From the sequence record DRR378314_244: 52,403 bases of DNA. One strand, written 5' to 3'. Positions within the stretch are counted from its first letter, which is position 1, and each line of letters opens with the position of its first letter. The translations under genes and the position numbers were made by a program. The notes under the pieces are model-generated. The model was given only the letters and a program-made list of their open reading frames with translations, did no database searches and was not told the origin of the DNA. This document shows, one piece after another, positions 1 to 9,558 of this stretch.

Positions 1-809
1 ACAACGGCCTGCACACGGCTGCCGCGCATACCCACACAGGCACCCACCGGATCAATCGACCCATCATAGGAAATCACAGCAATCTTCGCGCGCGAACCGG
101 GGTCACGGGCAACCGCTTTGATCTCGATGATGCCATCATAGATTTCAGGCACTTCCATCTTGAACAGCTCTGCCATGAACTCTGGCGCGGTGCGGCTCAG
201 GAAAATCTGCGGGCCGCGCTGCTCGCGGCGCACATCCTTGATGTAAACGCGGATGCGATCATTCGGACGATAGGATTCCCGGCCGATCTTTTCGTTGCGG
301 CGCAGGATCGCTTCGCCAGCGCCCACATCGACGATAACGTTGCCATATTCTTCGCGCTTGACCAGACCGTTGATGATCGTACCGGCGCGGTCCTTGAATT
401 CTTCGTACTGACGATCCCGCTCGGCTTCGCGGATCTTTTGCAGGATGACCTGTTTGGCAGATTGCGCCGCGATACGGCCCATTTCGACCGGCGGCACTTC
501 TTCGATGAACTGCTGGCCGATTTCAGGATTATCCATGTACTGCTTGGCCTGATCCACCGTGAATTCGGCCTGATAATTCTCGAGCTCGTCTTCCGCGACC
601 ACAGTGCGCACACGGGTGAATGTCGCACGACCAGTCTTGCGGTCAATCGACACATGGATGTCCATCTCAGCGCCGTAACGCGATTTCGCCGCACGGGCGA
701 GCGATTCTTCCATCGCTTCGATGACCAATGCAGGGTCGATCATCTTTTCGCGGGCCACAGCCTCGGCGGTTTGCAACAGCTCAAGCTGGTTGGCAGATGT
801 AATGGCCAT
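1..809 (-). CDS. nusA: Transcription termination/antitermination factor NusA (5' part; runs off the window)
   Basis: Manual reverse translation from ATG at 809 gives [46 protein letters not shown]..., followed by S1/KH-region motifs (RIAAQSAKQVILQKIREAER, ARDPGSRAKIAVIS, DPVGACVGMRGSRVQAV). The start overlaps the rimP stop (TAATG). Absent from the ORF track because the stop is outside the window. Confidence 0.97.
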   Translation of the reverse strand, partial: MAITSANQLELLQTAEAVAREKMIDPALVIEAMEESLARAAKSRYGAEMDIHVSIDRKTGRATFTRVRTVVAEDELENYQAEFTVDQAKQYMDNPEIGQQFIEEVPPVEMGRIAAQSAKQVILQKIREAERDRQYEEFKDRAGTIINGLVKREEYGNVIVDVGAGEAILRRNEKIGRESYRPNDRIRVYIKDVRREQRGPQIFLSRTAPEFMAELFKMEVPEIYDGIIEIKAVARDPGSRAKIAVISYDGSIDPVGACVGMRGSRVQAV

Positions 810-1384
810 TAGTCTTCTCCCTCGGCGGATTCTTCTTCAATAGAATCGAATTTGTCTTCGTCAATTGCGCCCGCCACTTTGCGTTGGCGCAGCATTTCTT
901 TCATCAGCTCGTCCGTCAGCACCAGCTTGGCGTCTGACAGCCAGTCGAACTTCAGACCCACAGTGCCCTCTTCGACGTTGATCAATACCTCGTCACCGTC
1001 GATGCCAGCCAATTCACCCTTAAAGCGGCGGCGACCCCCGATCAGTTCCTCGGTCTCGATCTTGGCCTCATAGCCTTCGAACATGTCGAAATCCTTGAGC
1101 CTTGTCAGCGGGCGGTCGATCCCGGGCGAGGACACTTCGAGCGTATATTCTTCAACAATCGGATCTTCGACGTCCAAAACAGCGCCCAGCGCTTGATTGA
1201 TCTTAGCCAGATCATCGACCTCAATCCCGCCATCGGGTTTGTCGGCCATAATCTGCAATGTCGTCACCTTGCCCGACATCAGACGCACGCGCACCAGCTC
1301 ATAACCCATATCCTCGATCACCGGTGTGATGATTTCGGCCATGCGGCGGTCAATGGCGGCTTTGGCAATAAGGTCGTTGGTCAT
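809..1384 (-). CDS. rimP: Ribosome maturation factor RimP
   Basis: [14 protein letters not shown] motif; directly upstream of nusA. ATG at 1384 (MTNDLIAK) preferred over the track's 1411 start. Confidence 0.96.
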   Translation of the reverse strand: MTNDLIAKAAIDRRMAEIITPVIEDMGYELVRVRLMSGKVTTLQIMADKPDGGIEVDDLAKINQALGAVLDVEDPIVEEYTLEVSSPGIDRPLTRLKDFDMFEGYEAKIETEELIGGRRRFKGELAGIDGDEVLINVEEGTVGLKFDWLSDAKLVLTDELMKEMLRQRKVAGAIDEDKFDSIEEESAEGED

Positions 1385-1411
1385 GATTTCCAGTCGATTA
1401 TCACTAGGCAC

Positions 1412-1434
1412 AAAAAAACGGGCGCGCGGCCCGT
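1412..1434 (-). terminator. Intrinsic terminator/attenuator hairpin in the rimP 5' leader
   Basis: Minus strand reads ACGGGC-cgcgc-GCCCGT followed by a T run, about 30 nt upstream of the rimP ATG. Confidence 0.7.
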
Positions 1435-1488
1435 GTTCAAGATCGGTGGAGCGTTTGGTTTGGACCCGAGCGCGCCGCTGTTAAAGGC

Positions 1489-1517
1489 CATATACGCAGA
1501 GACGGCTGAGTCTGCAA
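1489..1517 (-). promoter_or_regulatory. Putative sigma70 promoter of rimP-nusA
   Basis: Minus strand TTGCAG-N17-TATATG, resembling alphaproteobacterial RpoD promoters. Confidence 0.55.
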
Positions 1518-1524
1518 GGGCTGT

Positions 1525-2376
1525 TCACGCAAACCACCACCGCTCAGCCGCGCGCAGATTATCCAAGGGGCGCAGATGACTGATATTTGCGGGTTGCATC
1601 ACGTCAGATGATACCGCCTGTGTCGGGTGGCGGTGATCCGGTTGCAAGGTGATGTCTGGCAGATCCCCCACGGAGCCTGCCACTGTAAGATCGACCGCAT
1701 CAACCAGATATTCGCCCAAGGCCTGCCCGCGCACTGGTTCTGATGGGATCGAGGTCAGCTCTACCTCATCAAACCAACCGGCAGAATCCCCTTTGAAATG
1801 ATCCGCGACACGCGTGGCCAACAGGCGTTGGCCGGGCGTGAAATGCGCAATCTGATAAAGGCCCGTGCCGACCCCACTTTCAGGCGCATGAGCAGAGCGG
1901 ATATAATACTCCGGCTGGGCGAGGCGCATCGGCAGACGCGGATCCGCCTGATCCAATGTGAAAGACACCTGAAAATCACCAACCGCCCGCACCACGCCAT
2001 CGGCAAATCCCGCAGCGCTTGCAACAACATCCTTGGCTGTAAACGCTTGACCATCATGAAATTTTACATCCTGACGCAGATCAAACAGCCAAGCACGCGC
2101 ATCGGGTGATGATGTCCAACCTGTCGCCAATTCGCCGCGTAATGTGCCGTCGGCAGCAACTTCGGTAAGCGTGTCAAAGACAATGCCCTGCCGCGCGACC
2201 TGCATGAACAATCCGTTCCCACGCAACCATGTATCATCGCGTGCGGCACCAGACAGCGCCATCCGCAACCGGCCCCCGCGTGCGGGCGGGGCCGCGGATA
2301 CACCGGTTGCCGCCAGCAATGCCGCTGCTGCCGCGCTGGAAAACAGCGCCCGACGATCCAGCAACGCGCGGCTCAT
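1525..2376 (-). CDS. Shortened family-5 (peptide/nickel-type) ABC substrate-binding protein with Tat signal
   Basis: Tat-like DRRALF plus hydrophobic leader; family-5 motifs (GELATGW, FDLRQDVKFHDG..FTAKDVVAS, GTGLY). Only 283 aa. Confidence 0.75.
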   Translation of the reverse strand: MSRALLDRRALFSSAAAAALLAATGVSAAPPARGGRLRMALSGAARDDTWLRGNGLFMQVARQGIVFDTLTEVAADGTLRGELATGWTSSPDARAWLFDLRQDVKFHDGQAFTAKDVVASAAGFADGVVRAVGDFQVSFTLDQADPRLPMRLAQPEYYIRSAHAPESGVGTGLYQIAHFTPGQRLLATRVADHFKGDSAGWFDEVELTSIPSEPVRGQALGEYLVDAVDLTVAGSVGDLPDITLQPDHRHPTQAVSSDVMQPANISHLRPLDNLRAAERWWFA

Positions 2377-3347
2377 CCTTGCGCCCCAATTCGATCCATC
2401 GCCCGTACCAGCTCTGCCGAGATCCCCGGTTCAGACAGGGCGTGACCTGCGTTGCGCACCATCTTCAACTCACATTGCATCCAGTTTTCCGCCAATTGAT
2501 AGGCGCTGCCGGGTGGGCAAATCATGTCGTACCGCCCCTGCACGATCACGCCGGGGATATGCGAGATACGTGGCATATGTGCCAAAATCTGCCCGTCAAA
2601 CTCCAGAAAACCCGCATTGGTGAAATAGTGATTCTCAAGCCGCGAAAATGCGCGGGCATATTCCGCCGGCCCTTCGTTTGACCCGCCGGTCGAATGGATC
2701 GACGCAAGTGCATTTTCCCAAGCGGCCCAGGCCCGGCCATAGCGTTGCTCAACCGATATATCACCGGAAAAGAGCCGCCGATGATAGGCCTTGATCAGAT
2801 CATCCTGTTCGTCCTCGGGGATCAGCGAGGTGAACCGCGCCCAAACCTCGGGCCAGAATTTGCCGGCCCCACCGCCGTAAAACCAATCCAGTTCCGATTG
2901 CATCATCAGGAAAACACCACGCAACACCAGATTGCGCACGGCCTCTGGGTGGGTCTGGGCATAGATCAGCGACAGGGTCGCGCCCCAGGATCCGCCAAAG
3001 ACGATCCATTGCTCAATCCCCAACTCGCGACGAATCATTTCGATGTCTGCGACCAGATGCCACGTCGTGTTGTCAGTGACGCTCGCGTGGGGCTTGGAGC
3101 GTCCGCAGCCGCGCTGGTCAAACAGGATCACCCGGAACTTGGACGGATCAAAATAACGCCGCATAGAGGGGCTGCACCCCCCGCCGGGGCCACCATGTAG
3201 TACCACAACAGGGATTCCATCCGGGTTGCCGCATTGTTCGACATAGATGGTATGGCCCTGCCCAACGGCCAGCATCCGCTGATCGAAAGGGTCGATCGGC
3301 GGATAAAGATATTGAACAGCGCGTTTTTGATCGGGAAACTTGTCCAT
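2373..3347 (-). CDS. pip: Proline iminopeptidase
   Basis: [20 protein letters not shown] nucleophile motif, QGRYD and AGH catalytic residues. Confidence 0.96.
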   Translation of the reverse strand: MDKFPDQKRAVQYLYPPIDPFDQRMLAVGQGHTIYVEQCGNPDGIPVVVLHGGPGGGCSPSMRRYFDPSKFRVILFDQRGCGRSKPHASVTDNTTWHLVADIEMIRRELGIEQWIVFGGSWGATLSLIYAQTHPEAVRNLVLRGVFLMMQSELDWFYGGGAGKFWPEVWARFTSLIPEDEQDDLIKAYHRRLFSGDISVEQRYGRAWAAWENALASIHSTGGSNEGPAEYARAFSRLENHYFTNAGFLEFDGQILAHMPRISHIPGVIVQGRYDMICPPGSAYQLAENWMQCELKMVRNAGHALSEPGISAELVRAMDRIGAQG

Positions 3348-3395
3348 ACCGGCCCTATATACGTCTCAGGTATACAAGAACATAGGGAGCGCGAA

Positions 3396-4148
3396 ATGCA
3401 AACGGCTCAATCTACGGTAGACGCTGGGGAAATCGCCAAATTTGAAGCGATGGCCGCTGAATGGTGGGATTTAAACGGTAAATTCAAGCCCTTGCACATG
3501 TTGAACCCCTGCCGGTTGGATTACATCACCTCCCAAATCGCTGCTGAATTTGACCGTGACCTAACCTCCGAGGCTCCCTTCAAGGGGCTGCGAATCCTCG
3601 ACATCGGCTGTGGCGGCGGCTTGCTGTCCGAACCGATGGCGCGTCTGGGCGCCGAGGTTGTGGGCGCAGATGCTGCAGCGGGGAATATTCCCGTGGCCCG
3701 CGTGCATGCCGCCCAATCAGGGCTGATCATTGATTACCGTCATACCACCGCCGAAGATATGGCAGCCAAAGGTGAACAATTCGACGTGGTGCTGAACATG
3801 GAGGTGGTTGAACATGTCGCCTCTCCACCTGATTATCTGCGCGCCTGTCATGACCTGTTGAAACCCGGCGGGCTGCACATCTGTTCCACAATCAACCGCA
3901 ATCCCAAGTCGTTTATGATGGCGATTGTCGGCGCGGAACACATCATGCGCTGGCTGCCGAAAGGCACTCATGAATGGTCCAAATTCATCACGCCGGACGA
4001 ATTATTCGCCTTGCTCAGCAAAGCCGGGTTGGAACCAGTGGACCGCAAAGGGTTTGTGTTTAATCCGATTGCGTGGAGTTGGAGCCTGTCAGACAAAGAC
4101 CTAAGCGTGAATTACGTCACTGCCAGCCTCAAGCCAGCTTCAGCCTGA
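3396..4148 (+). CDS. ubiG: Ubiquinone biosynthesis O-methyltransferase
   Basis: [53 protein letters not shown] at 3396 follows a GGGAG RBS. Confidence 0.96.
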   Translation: MQTAQSTVDAGEIAKFEAMAAEWWDLNGKFKPLHMLNPCRLDYITSQIAAEFDRDLTSEAPFKGLRILDIGCGGGLLSEPMARLGAEVVGADAAAGNIPVARVHAAQSGLIIDYRHTTAEDMAAKGEQFDVVLNMEVVEHVASPPDYLRACHDLLKPGGLHICSTINRNPKSFMMAIVGAEHIMRWLPKGTHEWSKFITPDELFALLSKAGLEPVDRKGFVFNPIAWSWSLSDKDLSVNYVTASLKPASA

Positions 4149-4563
4149 TCTCGCGCAGAATGGGCAGGGCCGCGCGGGCCTGCTCTTCGCCCAGATCCTC
4201 GACCACCTGATTGATCATCGGGGTAATCGCCGCCACAGCCGAATCGCGGGCGGTGCGCCCTGCCGGGCTGATGCCGACCATCTTGCGCCGCGCATCGTCC
4301 CAATCAGGACGGATGTGCACATAGCCTGACCACTCCAGCTTGTTCAGCGTGTTGGTCATCGCCCCGCGTGTAACGCCAAACCGTTCGGCAAGCTGCGCAG
4401 GACGTGATTCGCCATCTTTCCGGGCGAGGTAGTTCAGGACCGAGAAATGCGAAATCTCCATACCTTTGGGCAACACGCGGGTCAGACGCCCACGCATTGA
4501 ATGCTCTGCTGCCAGAATCTCACTGAACAGCATGATGGCCAAGGTATTTTTATCATCGCTCAT
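4129..4563 (-). CDS. MarR-family transcriptional regulator
   Basis: 144 aa winged HTH ([23 protein letters not shown]...DDARRK). Confidence 0.9.
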   Translation of the reverse strand: MSDDKNTLAIMLFSEILAAEHSMRGRLTRVLPKGMEISHFSVLNYLARKDGESRPAQLAERFGVTRGAMTNTLNKLEWSGYVHIRPDWDDARRKMVGISPAGRTARDSAVAAITPMINQVVEDLGEEQARAALPILREIRLKLA

Positions 4564-4586
4564 GTGTCGACCTGTATAGCACCCCT

Positions 4587-5420
4587 TTAGGGGCCGGAAA
4601 AGTTGCGGGCATTGGCAAGGCTTGGAACCCTGCGCCGCGCCGTCTCGCCTTTTTCCATATCCAGATCGAATTTGTAAACGCCAGAGGCCGTTCCGGCATC
4701 CAGAATGACCTCACCCCAGGGATCAACAACCAACGAATGCCCATAGGTATCGCGTGTCTTATGCGCAGCGCTTGCATGTGTGCCGGTTTGGGCCGGGGCA
4801 ATAACAAAACATCCCGATTCAATCGCCCGCGCGCGCAGGAGGGCATGCCAATGTGCGGCACCCGTAACCGGGGAAAATGCAGCAGGCACCGTCAGGATTT
4901 GCGCACCCGCCTTGGCCAAGGCCCGGTACAGATGTGAAAACCGTACGTCGTAACAGATGCTCATCCCGATCTTGGCAAAATCGGTCCGGGCCAGAACGGC
5001 GCGATCCCCCGGACGATACCCTTCGCTTTCGCGCCAGGTCTCTGTTTCACTGATCTGAACGTCAAACATGTGGATCTTGTCGTATTTCGCAACAATTTCC
5101 CCGTCCGGTCCGATCATGAAAGACCGGTTGGCAAACCGCTGGTCTGCATCATCCGTCTTCAGACCCAATGACCCGATCAACAACCAGACACCCGCCGCCT
5201 TTGCCTCAGCCCGCAGCGCGGCAAGGGTGATGTCATCCGCTTCGAATTGCAGCACCTCTTGCTGATGTTTACGGCTGGTGGAAATGCAGTTTGTGACCTC
5301 GGGCGTCAAAATAAACTGCGCCCCATCGGCCACTGCCTTGCGAAACATTTCCTGCGTGACCGCAAGGTTTGCCACCGGATCATCAGTGACATTCAGCTGA
5401 AGGATCGCGGATTGCATCAC
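4587..5420 (-). CDS. Carbon-nitrogen hydrolase (Nit1/deaminated glutathione amidase-like)
   Basis: Glu-Lys-Cys triad motifs TPE, YDKIHMFDV and ICYDVRF; ARAIESGCFV; YGHSLVVDPWG. Confidence 0.9.
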   Translation of the reverse strand: MMQSAILQLNVTDDPVANLAVTQEMFRKAVADGAQFILTPEVTNCISTSRKHQQEVLQFEADDITLAALRAEAKAAGVWLLIGSLGLKTDDADQRFANRSFMIGPDGEIVAKYDKIHMFDVQISETETWRESEGYRPGDRAVLARTDFAKIGMSICYDVRFSHLYRALAKAGAQILTVPAAFSPVTGAAHWHALLRARAIESGCFVIAPAQTGTHASAAHKTRDTYGHSLVVDPWGEVILDAGTASGVYKFDLDMEKGETARRRVPSLANARNFSGP

Positions 5421-5674
5421 GCCGCCAGCAGGGCATCAAGTTTGCCCGCGCGCTCCAGTGCGTGCAGCTCGTCACAGCCCCCAACATGAATATCACCGAT
5501 GAAAATCTGCGGCACTGTGCGCCCGCCATTGGCCCGTTGTACCATCTCTGCTTTGCGCTCCGGCTGGGCCAGAACGTCAACTTCGGCGAAATCGACGCCT
5601 TTGGAAGACAGCAAACGTTTGGCCGCATGACAAAAGCCACAAAGCGGGGAGGTGTAAATTTCGACAGGTTTCAT
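5417..5674 (-). CDS. grxC: Glutaredoxin 3
   Basis: CGFC, RTVPQIFI and HVGGCD motifs; 85 aa. Confidence 0.95.
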   Translation of the reverse strand: MKPVEIYTSPLCGFCHAAKRLLSSKGVDFAEVDVLAQPERKAEMVQRANGGRTVPQIFIGDIHVGGCDELHALERAGKLDALLAA

Positions 5675-5812
5675 AACCGGTTCCTTTCAACATATAGGCT
5701 GCGCTTCGTCCGGGGCCTGCATCGCCCCCTTGCCCTGAAATCAATGATTTGCAGGAAGCTTGCGATGTTTCATGACCCAAGTCACAGGCGAAACGCATTG
5801 TTGAAAGATCAT

Positions 5813-6547
5813 CTAAGCATCTTTGGCCACGCGCGCCAGTGTCACCACCATGACCGGGCCGGAGCCAGCATCAAGACAGGCCCGCGTGCAGGCCGCCAAA
5901 GTCGCCCCCGACGTCATCACATCATCCACCAGCAAAACAGGCCGGCCAATCAATCGATGCCGGCGCAAGGGGTGCACACGAATGGCATTCTCCAGCGCTG
6001 TGATTCTTTCGGCACGGCCCAGACCGTCCAAACTTTGCGTGCGCCTGATACGTTGCAGCAAATCAGGGGACCAAGGCCTATCAACCCTGCGTGACAGGGC
6101 TTTGGCCAGCAGTGCGGACTGGTTGAACCGACGTTTGATCATCCGCAACCAATGCAGGGGGACCGGTGCAATCAATGTGTTCGGCGTGACGATATCCGCC
6201 ACCGCTTGCGACAGCCAAAGCCCGGCCGGATGCGCAATCTCCTGTCGGTCACCATGTTTCAACGCCAGCACCAGCTTGCGCCCGGTATCGCGATAAATCA
6301 TTGCCGCCCGGCCTTTCGACCACGGTGGCGGATTTTCCATGCAGCGGTCACAATGTGGTGTGTCCCCTTCATCTGCCCCCGGCAAAGGCACACCACAGGA
6401 ATCGCAAACCACCCCGCCAATAAACGCCGTATCGCGCCAACAGGCCCCGCACAGACCATAATCACCGTCGACAATCGCGCCACAAGTTAAGCAGCGCGCA
6501 GGGTAAACTGCGTCTAACCCTGTTTGAAGTCCGCGTAACAACGACAT
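5813..6547 (-). CDS. comF: ComF-family protein (double zinc ribbon plus phosphoribosyltransferase domain)
   Basis: Four CxxC pairs; PVPLH, RRFNQS, LLVDDVMTSGATL. Start could be ATG 6547 or TTG 6559. Confidence 0.92.
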   Translation of the reverse strand: MSLLRGLQTGLDAVYPARCLTCGAIVDGDYGLCGACWRDTAFIGGVVCDSCGVPLPGADEGDTPHCDRCMENPPPWSKGRAAMIYRDTGRKLVLALKHGDRQEIAHPAGLWLSQAVADIVTPNTLIAPVPLHWLRMIKRRFNQSALLAKALSRRVDRPWSPDLLQRIRRTQSLDGLGRAERITALENAIRVHPLRRHRLIGRPVLLVDDVMTSGATLAACTRACLDAGSGPVMVVTLARVAKDA

Positions 6548-6558
6548 ATTGGTTTCCA

Positions 6559-7377
6559 ATGACCCAACAAACTCTCATGACCGACGCGGGGGCCCTCGCA
6601 TTGCACCGCCACCGTGCGACGGCAGATGCCATGTTTCTGCACAATGCCGCCGCTGACGAGGTTCAGGATCGTATGCGGATGGTTAACAAGTCGTTTAACT
6701 CAGCCGCAATCGTGACCGGGCATGCACCGGCCTGGGCCCCCTATTTCCCAAAGGCCACCCTGATCCCGGACAGTGAAACACTGGCACTGCCAGTTGCCGC
6801 GCATGACCTTGTTGTCCACGCAATGGCCCTGCACTGGGCCAATGATCCGGTGGGCCAGCTGATTCAATGCCGCCGCGCGCTGATGCCTGACGGGCTTTTC
6901 CTGAGTGTGGCGTTTGGCGGGCAAACCCTTCACGAATTACGCGCCTGTCTAGGGCAAGCAGAGGCAAATGTGACCGGTGGCATGTCCCCACGGGTGGCCC
7001 CGATGGCAGATCTGCGTGATATGGGCGGGCTGTTGCAACGGGCGGGTTTTGCCCTGCCCGTCGCAGACAGTCAGACCCTGAAAGCGGAATACAGTGATAT
7101 CTGGTCTTTGATGCGTGATCTGCGGGCCATGGGCGAGACCAACGCGCTTTCAACACGCCTGCGCCGCCCGACCCGCCGTGCCGTGCTGAATGCTGCGGCT
7201 CAGCTGTATCAAGACAACTTTGCCTCCACGAATGGCAGGATCACAGCCACTTTCGATCTGATCTTTCTGACCGGATGGGCCCCTGCCGAAAGCCAGCCCA
7301 AACCACTGCGCCCCGGCTCTGCCCAACAGCGGCTTGCCGATGCTTTGGGTACGGGTGAGACAAAGTTACCCAATTGA
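6559..7377 (+). CDS. SAM-dependent methyltransferase (BioC/NDUFAF5-like)
   Basis: LHWANDPVGQL, TLHELR, SPRVAPM, LLQRAGFALPVAD and DLRAMGE motifs; divergent from comF. Confidence 0.88.
   Translation: MTQQTLMTDAGALALHRHRATADAMFLHNAAADEVQDRMRMVNKSFNSAAIVTGHAPAWAPYFPKATLIPDSETLALPVAAHDLVVHAMALHWANDPVGQLIQCRRALMPDGLFLSVAFGGQTLHELRACLGQAEANVTGGMSPRVAPMADLRDMGGLLQRAGFALPVADSQTLKAEYSDIWSLMRDLRAMGETNALSTRLRRPTRRAVLNAAAQLYQDNFASTNGRITATFDLIFLTGWAPAESQPKPLRPGSAQQRLADALGTGETKLPN
6682..6699 (-). promoter_or_regulatory. CtrA-box-like site upstream of comF, inside the divergent methyltransferase gene
   Basis: Plus strand GTTAA-caagtcg-TTTAAC; minus strand TAAA-N7-TTAAC versus consensus TTAA-N7-TTAAC. Confidence 0.4.
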
Positions 7378-7430
7378 CGGCAGCCATAATGCCCCTATTT
7401 GAACCGCAGCAAGCCACCTAAGGAACCGCC

Positions 7431-8483
7431 ATGCCAGCCGCCTGTCCTGCTCATGCTAATGACGACCACCCCGCCATCCCGAAACAGCGCGTGGGCGTAT
7501 TGCTTGCCAACCTGGGAACGCCGGACAACTATGACTATTGGTCGATGCGCCGCTATCTGAGTGAATTCCTGTCAGACCGCCGGGTGATTGATTACAGCCC
7601 TTGGCTTTGGCAACCGCTGTTACAACTGATTATCCTGACCAAGCGCCCCTTCACTTCTGGTGCCGCGTATAAATCCATCTGGAACCACGAGGCAGGCGAA
7701 AGCCCTCTGTTGACGATCACCAAATCGCAAACCGCCAAAATCGCCGAAAGCATGAAAACGCTTTATGGTGACGATGTGATGGTTGATTACTGCATGCGTT
7801 ACGGCAACCCCTCGACCAAATCCAAGGTTGCAGCGATGACCGCGGCGGGCTGTACCAAAATCCTGTTTTTCCCGCTTTACCCACAATATGCCGGTGCCAC
7901 ATCTGCCACCGCATGTGACGCCTTCTTTGCCGCATTGGGTGATGAGAAATGGCAACCGATTGCCCGCGTGGTCGAACCCTATTTTGATCGTCCCGACTAT
8001 ATAGAGGCGCTCGCCACATCAATTGAAACCGCCTATGCCAAGGCTGAAAAACGCCCGGACCTGCTGATCTGTTCCTACCATGGTGTACCGATCCGCTACC
8101 TGACCGAAGGGGATCCCTATCATTGCCAATGCCAGAAAACGACTCGCTTGCTGAAAGAGCGTCTGGGATGGAGGGACACCGAGATCATGACGACCTTCCA
8201 GTCGAAATTCGGCCCGGAAGAATGGCTTCAACCCTACACCGTCGAAGAGGTCGCGCGCCAAGCCGAAGCAGGTAACAAGAACATCGCTGTCTGCGCCCCG
8301 GCGTTCTCCGCTGATTGCATCGAGACCCTTGAAGAGATCAACGAAGAGATCAAGGAAAGCTTTGAAGAGGCAGGTGGCGAGCATTTCACATATATTCCCT
8401 GCCTCAACGACGATGACCTGCACATTCAGGCGCTCTCCGCCACTATCGAAGAGAACCTGAAAGGCTGGCTTGAGCCGGCTTGA
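7431..8483 (+). CDS. hemH: Ferrochelatase
   Basis: LLANLGTP, EFLSDRRVI, MRYGNPS, PLYPQY, SYHG, FQSKFG..EWLQPYT, DCIETLEEI. Confidence 0.97.
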   Translation: MPAACPAHANDDHPAIPKQRVGVLLANLGTPDNYDYWSMRRYLSEFLSDRRVIDYSPWLWQPLLQLIILTKRPFTSGAAYKSIWNHEAGESPLLTITKSQTAKIAESMKTLYGDDVMVDYCMRYGNPSTKSKVAAMTAAGCTKILFFPLYPQYAGATSATACDAFFAALGDEKWQPIARVVEPYFDRPDYIEALATSIETAYAKAEKRPDLLICSYHGVPIRYLTEGDPYHCQCQKTTRLLKERLGWRDTEIMTTFQSKFGPEEWLQPYTVEEVARQAEAGNKNIAVCAPAFSADCIETLEEINEEIKESFEEAGGEHFTYIPCLNDDDLHIQALSATIEENLKGWLEPA

Positions 8484-8697
8484 CGTTCTGGCAGTTAAAA
8501 ATGCGATGAAACGGCACATCTCAAGCGTTTCAAATCCCTTGGTTCGCGCAATTGCTGATCCCATATCCCTGGCCCCGCATTTGACTATGCGTGGTCAATC
8601 AACCCTCACACCCCGCTGATCTGCGAGCGCAGTTGCACCGGATGCGTATGGTCATTGAATAAGAGAACCCCTGCGAAGTACGGGTAAAGGTCAAGGC

Positions 8698-9558
8698 CTA
8701 TTCAGGCATGATTGCACCGCGATGCTGAACCACTTTGGCGGCCAGACGATGACCCGCCATCAAAGCCTCTGACTGGGATTTCCCCGTCATAAGTGCACCC
8801 AGATACCCGCCATTAAAGCTGTCTCCGGCGGCGGTTGTATCAACCACTGATCCCGCAGGCGCATAGGTTTGGACCACCTGCGATCCTAAAGACATTGGCC
8901 CCTCCTCCCCCCGCTTCAGCGCACCTTGTCCAAGATGTGCAGCGAAACGCCGCTCTACCTGTTCGGCTGTTTCGTTAAAAAGCGCCATCTCATCATCAAT
9001 CGACGGTAGCGCCACATTGGCACGCTGCCACATTGCTGTGGTGATCTGTTGTGCATGCGCCTGACCTTCCCAAAGCCGGGGGCGGTAATTGCTGTCATAG
9101 ATGACCTTAACCGGAGAAGACCCAAGCCATTCGATCAACGCAGTCCTGACAGCATGTGGCAGGATCGCCATCGAAATACCGGAAAGATAAACGGCGTCAT
9201 AGACCGCCAGAGCGCTGAAATCGTGATCCGAAAACAACTGCCGCGCCGCAGAGGCATTGCGCCAATAGGTGAAGCTGCGTTCACCCACATCCGTGGTGGT
9301 AATGGCATATAAACCGGGTGACGCCCCGTTGATCCGACGGATCGCTGCAACGCCTACCCCTTGGGAGGAAATGAAATCGGAAATGCGCTGGGAAAACGAA
9401 TCCTCCCCAAGGCAGGTGACAAAATCAACCTGCACGTCCGGGGCTGACCGATGCAGATAGATTGCGGTATTCAACGTGTCACCGGCAACGCCAAGCTTTG
9501 GCGTTTCCCCGGCGAGTGACAGCTCAATCATCGCCTCGCCAACACAGGCTATCCGCAT
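8698..9558 (-). CDS. kdgK: PfkB-family sugar kinase, 2-dehydro-3-deoxygluconokinase-like
   Basis: GEAMIEL, AGDTLNTA, GERSFTYWR, DSNYRPRLW, DTTAAGDSFNGG. ATG 9558 overlaps the upstream stop. Confidence 0.85.
   Translation of the reverse strand: MRIACVGEAMIELSLAGETPKLGVAGDTLNTAIYLHRSAPDVQVDFVTCLGEDSFSQRISDFISSQGVGVAAIRRINGASPGLYAITTTDVGERSFTYWRNASAARQLFSDHDFSALAVYDAVYLSGISMAILPHAVRTALIEWLGSSPVKVIYDSNYRPRLWEGQAHAQQITTAMWQRANVALPSIDDEMALFNETAEQVERRFAAHLGQGALKRGEEGPMSLGSQVVQTYAPAGSVVDTTAAGDSFNGGYLGALMTGKSQSEALMAGHRLAAKVVQHRGAIMPE

Noticed and set aside
197-812. Track ORFs 197..694 (-) and 438..812 (+)
   Set aside because: Alternative frames over nusA, which the track missed because its stop lies outside the window.
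8592-8660. Tiny Cys-containing minus-strand ORF (MTIRIRCNCARRSAGCEG) in the hemH-kinase gap
   Set aside because: Only 18 codons, no convincing RBS, and no neighbouring modification enzymes to suggest a precursor peptide.
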